Positions 17,004 through 30,500 of a stretch of DNA of 64,000 bases are shown here, piece by piece. The DNA is from the human T2T-CHM13v2.0 reference genome, Homo sapiens. The notes under the pieces were generated by a model that ran no database searches, was not told where the DNA came from, and saw only the letters and a program-made list of their open reading frames with translations. The translations under genes were made by a program, and so were the position numbers. The stretch lies in NCBI RefSeq assembly GCF_009914755.1, contig NC_060947.1. One strand, written 5' to 3'. The stretch's first letter is position 1; the number at the start of each line of letters is the position of its first letter.

Positions 17004-20000
17004 ACTTAATTTATTATCAAATAATAATATGTAAAATTATGTTGTCTTCTGAAGTGAAAAGAGGAAATTGGCTGACATACAGAGATCAGCAAAATTTCAG
17101 TCAGTCTGAAATTGTCTATTAACTAAAAACATTTAAAAATCACTCTTCTAGTAATGTCAACGTAACCCATGAAAAATGGCATAACTCGGTGAAAAAAATT
17201 CATTAGTTTTCATTACAGGCCAGATAAGAATACAAAACATTGTGTGCAACTTTTAAATGATAATCATTTCTGATTTTTTTTGTGGGGTGGGGAGCTTTAT
17301 TGGCAACATTGATCAAGAGCAAATGGCTATGTTGTTTAATATCCTGAAAAGCCTCAATTTATTTTGCACTCCTTCCATATCCAAGGTACACTCTTTTTAA
17401 AAAGGGTCTTTGGCATAACCAGCATTCTTTGAGTTATTATAGAACAAATGACTACTGGCAGGTAAGTTATTAAGAAGAAATTAAGTGTTACCAGAGAATT
17501 TAAAAAGATCTTTTGGTTTTCCTTACTCTAAATTTGCAAAAGAAAAGCAATTAAGAAACTGAAAATGAAACTTGAATACCAACATGTTACTTATTCTCAT
17601 GAAACTTGGAAAAACTTATTCTTTATTTCCCTGTATATACTTTCTTACCACCATTAGCACTCAAGTCAAGGGAGAAACAGAAAACTTGATTAATGAGAAG
17701 GAAGAGAAATAGTCTAAAATGAAGTTAGTTTTGTCTTTCTGTGCATGTAAATATTAACATCATTGTTTTTGTCTATACTTACTATTTTTTACTAGCTATA
17801 AATAAGAGCCATTTATTAGGAGTCCCTTCTTCCATGTACTTTCACAGGCACTCACCTGCCCAAAGGAACCCACCTGCGCAATACTCTTGAAACCAATTTT
17901 CCCTATGCCTGTGTTGTGTCTCAATCCTTTAGAGTTTTTCTAAGTGCTAGGTGATTACTAATGTAATATATGAATGTGTAAATAATTCCTGGATGCATTA
18001 TCCCCAAAGGAGTGACCAAGGGTAGATTTTTTGACTATGTGGAAAGTCAATGGAATAAATAATTTCAAGTAATCAGATTCTGTTAGTGCTTCTCAAATCA
18101 CCCTATCTACCAGTCTGCCCCGACTGCCTGGTCTATTAATTATTTGATGAGTCAGATCTTTTATCTCTCTTGGGAACATGTACTTCCCTATGCTCAGCAC
18201 CTTGGCACCTGGGTTCTGTGAGAGTATTTCTGTCATTGTAAGAAAGTGCCATGAATTCTCTCAAACTCTTTTGATTCTTTTGCTCACTTACTTACCAAAA
18301 AATGTCTTCCCCCAGAGTATGAAAGGGAATATTGGGCACCAAGCCTGTGACTGCATGATTTTTCCTCAAATTGGTTTTAGGCCACTGAATTAATGTAGCA
18401 ACTGAAGCCAGACTCTTTCTCTAGAGTCATCAACAGTTCTAAAAGGGATCAATCTATGCCCAGAGCAGAGCAACTGAACAGTTGCAAGAGAAAATTCCTA
18501 CCCAAGAGAGTGATATAGAATGTGTCATTTTTTTTGGATGATCTTTTATAGGGTGATCAAGAGGCTTTCATTTAGTGAATACATTTGCTCACTCAGTTTT
18601 GGAGAGTCGCCCTTCATTTATTCTTTCCCTTTGGAAGTACTTTCGAGTGCAAATTACTGCTATCAGAAGCCTTGAACTGAGAGGCTATTATTCTCCTTGC
18701 TCAGATTAAATTAATTTTGAACAGTTTAATGCAGCATGTCCAAGCTGCAAGTCCAAGTGGTGTCAAATCTATTTCTCTGCTTTTTTTAAGCTGCACCTTC
18801 AAGGGCAGTATGATTCATGGTGAATGTGTTCTTCTAATGTCTTGCTAAGTGTTATTATTTTCTTTCATTTGCAAGTCATGAGGCTACAAATGTTAACCAT
18901 TCTCCTCCTAACATTGTATAAAGAATGCATGATTTAAGCCAGGCTGATTTTCCAAAAGGGTGCTCATTACATTTACTTGCTTTACAAATGAAATAAAGAA
19001 AAATACTCTGGATCAAAGCAAGAAGTTTAAAAAGCTAATGAAACATTAGAAAGCGAACTGCTTTGAGAAGCACTACAACATCATCACTGTTGTGTTAAAA
19101 AGGAATTATCTCGATCTCGGCTTATGTAATAAAATAAAAGGGTTTTAATGATTGGCTATATAATTCTGTTTGTGTTTTTGCAGACTTGCAAAAAAAAAAA
19201 AAAGAATATAAATCTACTTATCTTCGTTCTTCCAGTTCAGGCAATCTACTGTCTCTCCAGTATTCACTTTATCTAATCTGTCCTTGAAATGTACTAATGA
19301 AGTTTTCTCTGTGTTATTGTAGAGCAAACAGTCAAAAGGATGCCAATCAATTAATGACAGAGTAGAAGATGTACTTTAAGCAGTTAGAGGTTTCAAAAAC
19401 CTATCAACCTGTGTCTATATAAACTACTTAAATTGTACAGTCCAGGACAGTCTTTTCTACAGCTCTAATCACCAGTTCTATAGATTAAACAAATTAATGT
19501 TTTTACAGGTCTTGTATGGAGATTGATGAAAATACTATATCGCAGTTTTCCTTTGGAGTAGCAAAGAGCCACAGATCAAGGACATTTTCCTTTCAAAAGC
19601 TAGATAAGCACATTGCACTTGTGATAGTATTTGCTTTTTTAACAGATGAAATAGACTTATGTGAACTTATTGACATAATAGAAAGGAATAATGTTATTCA
19701 CAGTCCAAAAGATAAACATAATAATATAGTTTTATACAACATTGCTAAGAACCCTTTAGTCCTTTATCAGTATCAAAACACAAGAATCTGTGACCCATGA
19801 AGACTTACCTGGGATTCAGGCACCCATGTGAAGAAAGTCAACATAGTATTTAATAACATGGATAAAATAACAAAAAGACCCTATAGGAGATGGGATGTGG
19901 GACAGGCAGAAGAGGAACTAGAGGGCCTGTCATATGAGTACAGAACACAGGGAACTGAAAGCCATATCTTATAAGATAAATGAAGGCAACAAACAGAGTA

Positions 20001-20084
20001 TAAATAGACTTGTTCAATAAATGCTAGAATGTCAGAGTTAATGGGCATTCTTTGAAGTTGGAAGATATTAGCAGTTTCCATATT

Positions 20085-20310
20085 GGAAGTGACTATGCTT
20101 GAATTTCAATTTCACCAGTTCTTAGGTGCATTACCTTGGGCAAATTATTTAAATACTCAGTACCTCAGTTTTCTTATTTGCATAGTGGAAGTAATAGTAG
20201 GACCTACCTCTAAAGTTTGTTCTGAATATTAAATGATTTAAGAAATGTAAAGTGCTTAGCACAATGCATAGCATATGGTAATCACTATGTAAATGTTAGT
20301 TACTATTATT
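20085..20310 (+). mobile_element. MIR SINE
   Basis: Core accttgggcaaattatttaa...cctcagttttcttatttg and 3' end gtaaagtgcttagcacaatgc...aaatgttagttactattatt. Confidence 0.85.
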
Positions 20311-20571
20311 TTAAAAGAAAGTATGACTGAATGCAAAGTGGTAATCAATGTGTACAATTTAATTATCCTACAAGGCGGTAGAGAAAAAACTATGAATATC
20401 TTCCACAAAAGTTTAGATTAAAGAATGAAACCTCCGTCATGGATTATTAAAGCCAAGGATGTTAGGGTAAGTCCCTGACTTCTGATGTTGATGTCAAGGA
20501 CAGCTAAGTTTTTTTTGCCAGTTTGTGTCTAGGCTTCCTGGAACTTTATGTAGCTTGATAGAAGTTCCTTA

Positions 20572-20812
20572 TGGTATAACATAAACTGAATTATGCAAGT
20601 AGTCAGAAAGCCTAGATTTCTGTACTGACTTTGACATTTAAAAGTTGTAACTTTAGGAAGCTTGTTCAAGTTTTAAATTCCTTAAATGCAAAATCAGAAT
20701 AATTATACCTTCCTCCCACACAGAATGTTGTTATGAAGGTTAAATCAAATAAAAACATATGTAAAAGCGTTGTGTAGATGATGAAATACTCTACAAAGAC
20801 AAGGCATTATTC
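20572..20812 (+). mobile_element. MIR SINE (MIRb/c-like), highly diverged
   Basis: agtcagaaagcctag...gttgttatgaaggttaaat...atatgtaaaagcg...aaggcattatt. Confidence 0.55.
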
Positions 20813-20879
20813 TTATATTCTATCACAGAATCTCATAAAATACACGGTGACTTTTCGGGTGATCTGACTTCTACTTCTT

Positions 20880-22140
20880 ACTTCCTCAATCCAGTTGAGC
20901 ATTTTGCAGTCCTTTTCTTACGAACTTCTTTGCAGAACTTGACACTGTTCACCATTCACTTCTTGAAACTCTCCTATCAGCTTTTCTTGGACACTATTTT
21001 TTGCTGCTTCCCTTTATATCTTTCTTAATATCCCTTCTTAGTCTGTTTCCATCACTCTACTTGCTCTATTCACTCTCAACAATTTAACTTTTTTTTTCAC
21101 TTTATACTTTGTTCTTAGGTGATGGCAAACCAATCCTCCTTATATGCATTAGTCAGGGTCTTCCAGAGAATTAGAATTAATAGGATGTGAAAACAAAGAG
21201 ACTTGTCATAAAGAATTGGTTCATGTGATTATGGAGTCTGTCAAGTTGAAATTCTGCAGGATGGGTCAGCAGGCTGAAGACCCCAGGAGAGTTAACACTG
21301 CAGTTCCAGTCTGAAGGCTATCTGCTGTAGAACCAGGAAGAGCTGGGGTTTCAGAATAAGTAAAGGAAGTCTGTTGGTGAATTCTATCTTGCCCAGGGGA
21401 GGCTGATCATTATGTTCTATTCAGGCCTTCAACTGAATGAGGTACACCCACATTATAGAGGTCAATTTAACTTACTAAAAGTTTACCAATGTAAATGCTC
21501 ACCTCATCAAAAAACATCCTCACAGAATAATGTTTAACCAAATCTGGGCACCCTGTGGCCCAGCTAAGTTGATAAATAAAATTAACTATCGTGTTATACA
21601 ATAGCATGACTTTTGAATCAATACCTCTAGGGCTGATGACCTCTTTTCCTTGAGACTTACATTTCTGTTTCTATCTGGGTATCTCCATTTGGGTGTCCAT
21701 TAGGCACATAAAATTGTTCAAAAGTGAACTCAGTGTTTCCCTCCCTCTATCCATTCCCCTGCTCTCTTCAATCCTTTTTTCATATTCTCATTCCTAGCTA
21801 GTGATTCAGAAATCCTAGAGTCATTCTTGACTTCCCCCTTTCCCTAACAAATATAGAATTAATCAACAATGGCTTTAGATTTTACCTCCCAAATCATTTT
21901 CAGAGCTGTTTCTACCTTACCATATTTATGGTTACTTCATCAATGAAAAGTTTCAAAATCTGAATTATTGTAGCTATATACTAATTTGTCATTGTCTCAG
22001 GTATTTATCCTCTCTAATCTTTATTATTATTATTATAATCAAATCTGGTTATGCCATTTCTTTACTTAAAATTGCTCAATCTATCCTCATTCTTAATAGG
22101 ATACTATATAAAAGTTTTGACTTTCTACGTAAGTCTTCTG
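20880..22140 (+). mobile_element. L2 LINE remnant, interrupted by an MLT2 LTR
   Basis: Pyrimidine-rich L2-like motifs: ttgacactgttcaccattcacttcttgaaactctc, cctagagtcattcttgacttcc, aaatctggttatgccatttctttacttaaaa. Confidence 0.65.
21145..21593 (-). mobile_element. MLT2 (ERVL) solo LTR
   Basis: tgcattagtcagggtcttccagaga...tctgggcaccctgtggcccagctaagttgataaataaaattaac; 5-bp TSD TTATA at 21140-21144 and 21594-21598. Confidence 0.88.
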
Positions 22141-22159
22141 TGATTAAACTAAACTGAGT

Positions 22160-22445
22160 GACTGCTACTTCCTAACCAATGAGTTTTATCTTTACTCTCA
22201 TCTGTCTTTCCTGTATATAAGATTTATTAAGATGGTTAGTCATAGAATTGCCATTATTTTCTGACAACACTCAAATCCAAAGCATGCCCTGTTTTCTTAG
22301 ACCTTCCACAATATCACCCAACCAAAGCCCAAATCTTATTTAAAAACTTCTTCTTATAGCTTCTTACCAAAGACACCACAATGAGTAATAAATCCAAGTT
22401 GTTGGATTATAGTTTTTGTGGTCTTTGGCTGAAGGGTATTAGCAA
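22160..22445 (+). mobile_element. MER67-like ERV1 LTR 3' fragment
   Basis: ccaaagcccaaatc...gagtaataaatccaagttgtt...gtggtctttggctgaagggta resembles the MER67 3' end (recalled consensus). Confidence 0.5.
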
Positions 22446-23384
22446 TATAATGAACCTGTTACTGAAAACATGTATAAAAATGAAATTTAGTTCTAGTTAA
22501 AATTTACTTAAAAGATATATAATTTAGAATGAATCCTTTTGTGAAATGAGCAGTCACTGATTGATCAGTCATATAAACCTGTTTATAGTTGTTAAATTTG
22601 CATAAAGTGAGGCCATTCCTATCTTTGAAATTCAGTGCAATACATGGCTGGCAAAGACAATCTTAAAAACTTTCTCAGTTTTTTAGACTGTTGCAATGAT
22701 ATTACTTTCACAAGGAAAATAGGAAGACTCAGTGAAAGGGTTATATGTGTCTTTCTCTCATAGGACAACAAATCAAATATAACACGAGATACAAATCAAA
22801 CATTGGATCTTTCAAAATGAGATGAATGTAGTGATTCTCAGTGCAAGTAATACTATTCTTTCAAAAGAAGATAATTCACTTCAAAAACTCATTCAAAAAA
22901 CTGAAACCTTTATATATAGGATACACTGCTTCACTTTTATTTTCAAAGTGGTATATAACTTTCTTGGTTTATTGTCGTGAACTATGCTAGATTACAAGAT
23001 TTGCAATACATTTTCTGCTATTATATGTTACAAGTTTTTAGTTGATAAATTACTGGTAGAATTAGTGTATTCTACATAAATTAAATCATTCTGATAAGAT
23101 CTATGCATCATTAATTCTATTTAGGTTTATATGCATTTTTATATTAATACACTAAATATGTTTTAAGGCAAACAGTTCCCCCAAAAATTGAGCTAATAGA
23201 TTCACTTTCACCAACAGCCCACAATAGCCAAACTGGTTAATTCTGGCCAAGAAATGCCTAGTAATAGTGAACCAAATTTGTCCCTTAATCTTAGTTCCAG
23301 CAGTCTTTTTGGAGAGTAATAAGCCTAGGCTACCATAAAAAAGCACAACTCTCCACAATTGGATATAGTTTAAAATATTTTTAA

Positions 23385-23965
23385 AAAAATTATAGTAGAG
23401 AGCACATAACACAAAATTTACCATCTTCACGATTTTTAAGTGCACACTTCAGTCATATGAAGAACAATCACAATGTTGTATAACAGCTCTCCAGATCTTT
23501 TTAATGCTGCAAAACTGAAACTCTATACCCACTAAAGAAAAACTTCCAATTTTTCCCTCTCCCTGCTTTACATGATCACCACTCTACTTTCTATTTCTAT
23601 GAATTTGACGACTTTAGATACCACATATGTTTGAAATTATACAGTATTTGACTTTTGTGACTGGCTTATTTTATTAGGAATAATGTCCCCAAATTTAATC
23701 CATGTTGTAGTCTTAGGGAGGAGTTCTTTCCTTTTTAAGACTGAATAATATTCCATAGTATACATATAAAACATTGTGTTCATCCATTCAATCATTGATA
23801 GATATAAGGGTTGCTTCCACCTCTTGGTTATTGTAAATAATAATGCTATTAACATGGGTGTGAAAATATCTCTTTTGGATGTTGTTTCAATTCTTTTGTA
23901 TATATACCCAGAAGTGGAATATCCGCATCATGTGGTAGCTCTATTTTTAGTTTTTTGATGAATGG
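23385..23965 (-). mobile_element. LINE-1 3' fragment (L1MB/L1MA9-like)
   Basis: ORF 23637-23855 (IALLFTITKRWKQP...YTMEYYS) and 3' UTR aaaatttaccatcttc...aaaactgaaactctataccc. Confidence 0.85.
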
Positions 23966-24544
23966 ATATAGTTTTCAGTGCCACAAGACTGAAAAAGTCA
24001 AATATATAATGCAACTCTTAGTATATTTTTGAGGAAGTGAGCCACTAAATTTTCTTAGAGTTAGAAAATGTACAGCTTCAAAAACTTTCCTAGTGGAAAA
24101 AAATAAGTCTGGCATGCAGAAATAAAATTGAAACTAGAGACATAGACAAGTATGTTACATATTTGGAGAGGCAAATATGTTATATCAATTTCTTTATGTC
24201 TTTGACTTTCTAAGAATAAAACTATTTCTCCTGCATATATTACAGTAGCCATATTTTTGTTTTCTTTTTTTAAAATTTTTTCCTTCCAGAAAATAACAAT
24301 GCCTTCTATATTCAGTGCCTTTTTACTTTCAAAGGTGTGGGTCTTGCCAGTAAAAGTTTTTACTGAGTGTATTTCTGCTATTGTGGATGATGATGATGAT
24401 GATGTGTGTGTGCATGCTTCTTCTTGAACTTTTTCCTAAAAATGATGAAATTACATTTCCTTCCTTATCTTCAGCCCCTGAAATCTAACCACGTTAAGTG
24501 TATTTATTTAAATAATATAACATAGCCCCCACTAGTTTTATTAT

Positions 24545-27500
24545 TCTTTTTTAAAAAAATTTTGTGAGTACATGGTAGGCGTATATGTTTATGAGGTACA
24601 TGCGATGTTTTGATACAGACATGCAATATGAAACAAGCACATTATGGAGAATGGGGTATCCCTCCCCTCAAACATTTATCCTTTGAGTTACAAATAATCC
24701 AGATGCATTATTTTTAAATGTAAAGTTATGGTTGACTATAGTGATCCTATTGTGCTATCAAATAGTAGGTCTTGTCATTTTTTCCATTGTTTTGTACTAA
24801 CTAACCATTGCCACATCCCACCTGAACCACCCACTACCCTTCCCAGCTTTTGGTAACCATCCTTCTATTCTCTATGTCCATGGGTTCAATTAATGTGATT
24901 TTTAGATTTCACAAACAAGTGAGAACATGCAGTGTTTGCCTTTCTGTGCCCTATTTATTTCTCTTAACACAATGATCTCCAGACTCATCCATGTTGTTAC
25001 AAATGACAGGATATTATCCTTTTTTATGGCCGAATAATACTCCATGGTATATACATACGGCATTTTCTTTATCCATTCATCTGCTGATGGACACTTAGGT
25101 TGCTTCCAAATCTTAGCTATGGTAAACGGTGTGGCAATAAACACAGGAGTGCAGATATCTCTTTGATAAACTGACTTCCTTTGTTTGGGGTATATACCCA
25201 GTAGTGAGATTGTTGGCTCGTACAGTAGCTCAATTTTCAGTTTTCTGAGGAACCTTTAAACTGTTCTCAATAGTGTTTGTACTAACTTATATTTCCATCA
25301 ACAGTGTACTAAAGTTACCTTTTCTCCACATCATTGCCAGCGTTTGTTATTGCCTGTCTTTTGGATATGAGCCATTTTAACTGAGACGAGATCATATCTC
25401 ATTGTAGTTTTGATTTGCATTTATCTAATGATCAGTGACGTTGGGCGCTTTTTCATATGTCTGTTTGCCATTTATGTCTTTTTTTGAGAAATGTCTATTC
25501 AAATCTTTTGCCCATTTTTGATTGGATTATTAGTTTCTTTGAGAGTTCTTTGAGCTCCTTATATATTCCAGTTATTAATCCCTTGTCAGATGGATACTAT
25601 ACAAATATTTTCTCCCGTTCTGTGGGTTGTCTCTTCCCTTTGTTGATTGTGTCCTTTGCTGCACAGAAGCTTTTTAACTTGATGCAATCCCATTTGTCCA
25701 TATTTTCTTCAAATGCTTGTGTTTGTGGGGTTGCTCAAGAAGTCTTTGCCCAAACCCATGTCCTGGAGATTTTCCCCAAACTTTTCTTGTAGTAGTTTCA
25801 CAGTTTGAGATCTTAGATTTAAGTCTTTAGTCCATTTTGATTCTATTTTTGTATAATGTGAAAGACAGGGGTCTAGTCTCATTCTTTTGAATATGGATAT
25901 CCAGTTTTCCCAGAATCATTTATTGAAGAAACTGTCTTTTCTCCAGTGTTTGTTCTTGGCACCTTTGTCAAAAATGAGTTCACTGTAGGTGTGTGGAATT
26001 ATTTTTGGGTTCCCTATTGTGTTCCATTGGTCTGTGTGTCTGTTTTTAAGCCAGTACCATGCAGTTTTGCTTATTATAGCTCTATAGTATAATTTGAAGT
26101 CAGGTAATGTAATTCCTCCAGTTTTGTTCTTTTTGCTTAGGATATTGTTGGCTATTCTGGGTCTGTTGTGGTACTATACAAATTTTAGATTTTTTTCTAT
26201 TTTTGTGAAGAATGTCATTGGTATTTTGATAGGGATTGCATTGAGTCTGTAGATTGCTTTTGGTAGTATGAACATTTTAACAATATTAATTCTTTCAACT
26301 TGTGTAAATGGAATATTTTTCCATTTTTGGTGTCCTCTTCAGTTTCCTTCATCAGTATTTTATATTTTCATTATAGAAAGCTTTCACTTCTTTGGTTAAT
26401 TCCTAGGTATTTATTTATATGTGTGGTGATTGTAAATGCATTTTTTTTCTTTCTCATGGTGTTCACTGTTGGCATATAAAAATGCTGCTGAGTTTTTTAT
26501 GTTGATTTTATAGCCTGCAACTTTACTGAATTTGTTTATCAGTTTCAATAATTTTCTTATTGAATACTTAGGTTTTTCCAAATATAAGATCATATCATCA
26601 GCAAACAAGAATAATTTGACTTTTTCCTTTCCCATTTGGATGTCCTATATATCTTTCTCTTTCTTAATTGCTCTTAATAGAACTTTCTGTACTATGTTGA
26701 ATAACAGGTGAGAGTGGGCATCCTTGTTGTGTTCCAGATCTTAGAGGAAAGGCTTCAGTTTTTTCTTATTCAGTATGATACTAGCTGTGGGTCTGTCATG
26801 TATGGCTTTTATTATGTTTGTGTATGTTTCTTGTATATCAAATTTTTTTAGGCTTTTTATCATGAAGGGATGTTGAATTTTATCAAATGTTTTGCAGCAT
26901 CAATTGAAATGATCTTATGGTTTTTACCCTTCATTCTGTTGATATAATATATCACATTGATTGATTTGTGTATGTTGTATTATTCTTGCATTCCAAGGAT
27001 AAATCTCACTTAGTCATGATGGATGATCTTTCTAATGTACTGTTGAATTCAGTTTGCTTGAGGATTTTTGCATCAATGTTTATCAGCGATGTTGGTCTGT
27101 AGTTTTCTTTTCTTTTTCTTTTTTTGATGTGTCTTTGGTTTTGGTATCAGGGTAATACTGGCCTCAGAATGATTTGGAAGTATTCTCTCCTCTTCTTTGT
27201 TTCAGAACAGTTTGAATAGGATTGGTGTTAGTTCTTCCTTAAATATTTGATAGAATTCAGCAATGCAACCGTGAGTTCCTGGGCTTTTCTTTGCTGGGAG
27301 ATTTTTTAAATTACAGCTTTGCTCTCATTACTTTTTATTGGTCTGTTCAGATTTTGGATTTCTTTCTGATTCAAACTTGGTAAGTTGTATGATCTAGGAA
27401 TTTGTCAATTTCTTCTAGATTTTCCAATTTATTGGCATATATTTGCTCATAGAAGCCACTAGTGATCCTTCAAATTAACTGCAGAATCTGTTGTAATGTC

Positions 27501-30500
27501 TCCTTTTCCATTCCTGATTTTATTTATTTAGATGTTCTCTCTTTTTATCTTTGTCTGAAGGTTTGTCAAATTTGTTTAATTTTTCAAAAAATCAACTTTT
27601 GTGTCATTGATATTGTGTGTTGTTTTCTTCATTTCAATTTCATTTATTTCTGCTCTGACCTTTATTATTTCTTTTCCTCTACTAACTTGGGGTTTGGTTC
27701 ACTCTTGCTTTACTAGCTCTTTAGGATGCATTGCTAAATTGTTCATTTGAAGATTTTTGTCCCTTCTATGTAGATACTTATAGCTATAAACTTTCCTCTG
27801 AGTATTGTTTTTGCTATATCCCATAGGTTTTGGTATGTTGCGTTTCCATTATCATTTGTTTCCAGAAATTTTTCAATTTTCTTCTTAATTTATTCATTGA
27901 CCTCCTGGTCATACAGGAGCATATTGTTTGATTTACATGTATTTGTATGGTTTCCAAAATTCCTCCTGTTATTTATTTTTAATTTTTTTCATTGTTGCCA
28001 GAGAAAATACTTAATATTATTTGTTTTTTTTCAATGTTTTAAAACTTGTTTTGTGGCCTAACATATGGTCTATCCTTGAGAATGATCCATGTGTTGAGGA
28101 AAAGAATGTGTATTCTTCAGCTTTTGGATAAAATATTCTGTAAATATGTATTGGAGCAATTTGGTCTATACTGCAGATTACGTCTAATGTTTGTTTATTT
28201 TCTGTCTGGAAAATCTGTCTAATGCTGAAAGTTGGGCATTAAAGTTTACAGCTATTGTATTGGGGGCTCTCTCTTTAGCTCTAATAATGTTTTCTTTACA
28301 TATCTGGATGCTCAAATGTTGGGTGCATATATATTTAAAATTGTTATGTCTTCTTGGTGAACTGACACTCTGCCTCTTATAATTTTGTCTTGAAATATAT
28401 TTTGTCTAATATTGGTATAGCTACTCCTGCACTTTTTTGGTTCTCATTGGCATTGAAATCTTTTTTATCCCTTTATTTTCAGTCTATGTTTGTATTTATA
28501 GCTGAAGTGTGTTTCTTATAGGTAACAAATTAATGATCCTTGTTTCTTCATCCATTCAGCCAGCATATGTCTTTGGGTTGGAGAGTTTACTTTATTTACA
28601 TTCCATGTTATTATTTGTAAGTAAGGACTTATTCCTACCATTCTGTTATTTATTTCTGATTGCTTTGTAATCTTCTTTCTTTGTTTCCTTCCTCTCTTCC
28701 TCTAGTGAAGGTGATTTTCTCTGGTGATATGACTTAGTTTCTTGCTTTTTATTTTTTATGTATCCATTGTATGTTTTCTGGTTTGAGGTCACCATGAAGC
28801 TTGCAAATGCTATGTTATAACCCATTATTTTAACCTGATAATTTGACAATTTGTCTAAACAAACAAATAAGCAAAAAGAAAACTAATAAAAACTGTACAC
28901 CTGAACTTCATGCCCCTGCTTTTTAACTTTTTGTTGTTTCTATTTATATTTTATTGTATTGACTATATCTTGAAGAGTTGTTGTAGTTAACATTATTATT
29001 ATTATTATTATTATCATTTTGAAATGGAGTCTCTCTCTGTCACCCAAGCTGTAGTGTGGTGGCGCAATCTTGTCTCACTGCAACCTCTGCCTCCCAGGTT
29101 CAATCAATTCTCCCTGCCTCAGCCTCCCGAGTAGCTGGGTCTACAGGCACCCACCACTACACCTGGCTAATTTTTGTATTTTTTAGTAGAGACTGGGTTT
29201 CTGCATGTTGACCAGGTTGTTCTTGAACTCCTGACCTCAGGTGATCCGCCCACCTCGGCCTCCCAAAGTGCTGGGATTACAGGCATAAGCCACTGCGCCC
29301 AGCCTGTAGTTATTATTTTTGATTGGTACATCATTTAATCTTTCTACTGAGGATAACAGTAGTTTACACACCATGATGATACTGTTATAATAGTCTGCGT
29401 TTTCTGTGTAGTTACTATTACCCGTGAGTTTTTTACCTTCACATGAATATTTATTGCTCTTTAATATCATTTTCTTTATGCTTGAAGTACTCTGTTTAGC
29501 ATTTCGTATAGGACAGATCTGGTATTGATTAAATCCCTCAGCTTTTGTTAGTCTGGGAAAGTCTTTTATTTCTCCTTCATGTCAAAGGTTATTTTCTCCA
29601 GATATACTATTCTAGGATAATTTTTTTTTTCCTTCAGCACTGCAAATATGTCACGCCTCTCTTGGCTTGTAAGGTTTTCATTGAAAAGCCTGCTGCCAGA
29701 TGTATTGAAGCTTCATCACATGGTATTTATTTCTTTCATCTTGCTGCTTCTAGGATCCTTTCTTTATCCTTTAACTTTGGGAGTTTGATTATTAAGGTAG
29801 TCTTCTTTGGGTTAAATCTGCTTGGTGTTCAGCAACCTGCTTTTACTTAGATATTGATATCGTTCTGTAGGTTTGGGAAGTTCTCTGTTATTGTCCCTTT
29901 GAATAAACTTTCTCCCCCTCTATCTTTCTCTACCTCCTTTTCAATGCCAACAACTCTTAGATTTGCCTCTTTGAGGCTATTTTCTAGATTCTGAAGGCAT
30001 GCTTCATTGCTTTTTAGTCTTTATTCTTTTTTTCTCCTCTGGATGTGTATTTTCCATTAGCCTGTCTTCAAGCTCACAAATTCTTTCTTCTGCTTGATCA
30101 GTTCTGCTATTGACGACTCTCATGCATTCTTCAGTATGTGACTTGAATTTTTCAGCTCCAAAATTTCTGCTTGATTATTTTGAATTATTTCAATTTCTTT
30201 GTTAAATTTATGTGATAGAATTCTGAATTCTTTCTCTGTGTTATCTTGAATTTCTTTGAGTTTCCTGAAGACAGATATTTTGAATTCTCTGTCTGAAAGG
30301 CCACATATCTCTGTATTTCCAGGATTTGTCCCTGGTGCCTTATTTAGTTCCTATGGTGAGGTGATGTTTTCCTGGATGGTGCTGATGCTAGTAGATGTTC
30401 TTCGGTGTCTCCGCATTGAAGAGTTAGATATTTATTGTAGTCTTCACTGTCTAGACTTATTTGTAGTTATCCTTCTTGGAAAGGCTTTTCAGATATTTGA

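Noticed and set aside
19222-19308. Minus-strand exon-like 87-nt open frame (KTSLVHFKDRLDKVNTGETVDCLNWKNE)
   Set aside because: The donor reads G|ATAAGT with no GT and the acceptor is weak; cannot be supported without homology
19516-19800. 94-aa plus-strand ORF preceded by ttttacAG
   Set aside because: No recognisable domain and no clear donor site; length is compatible with chance
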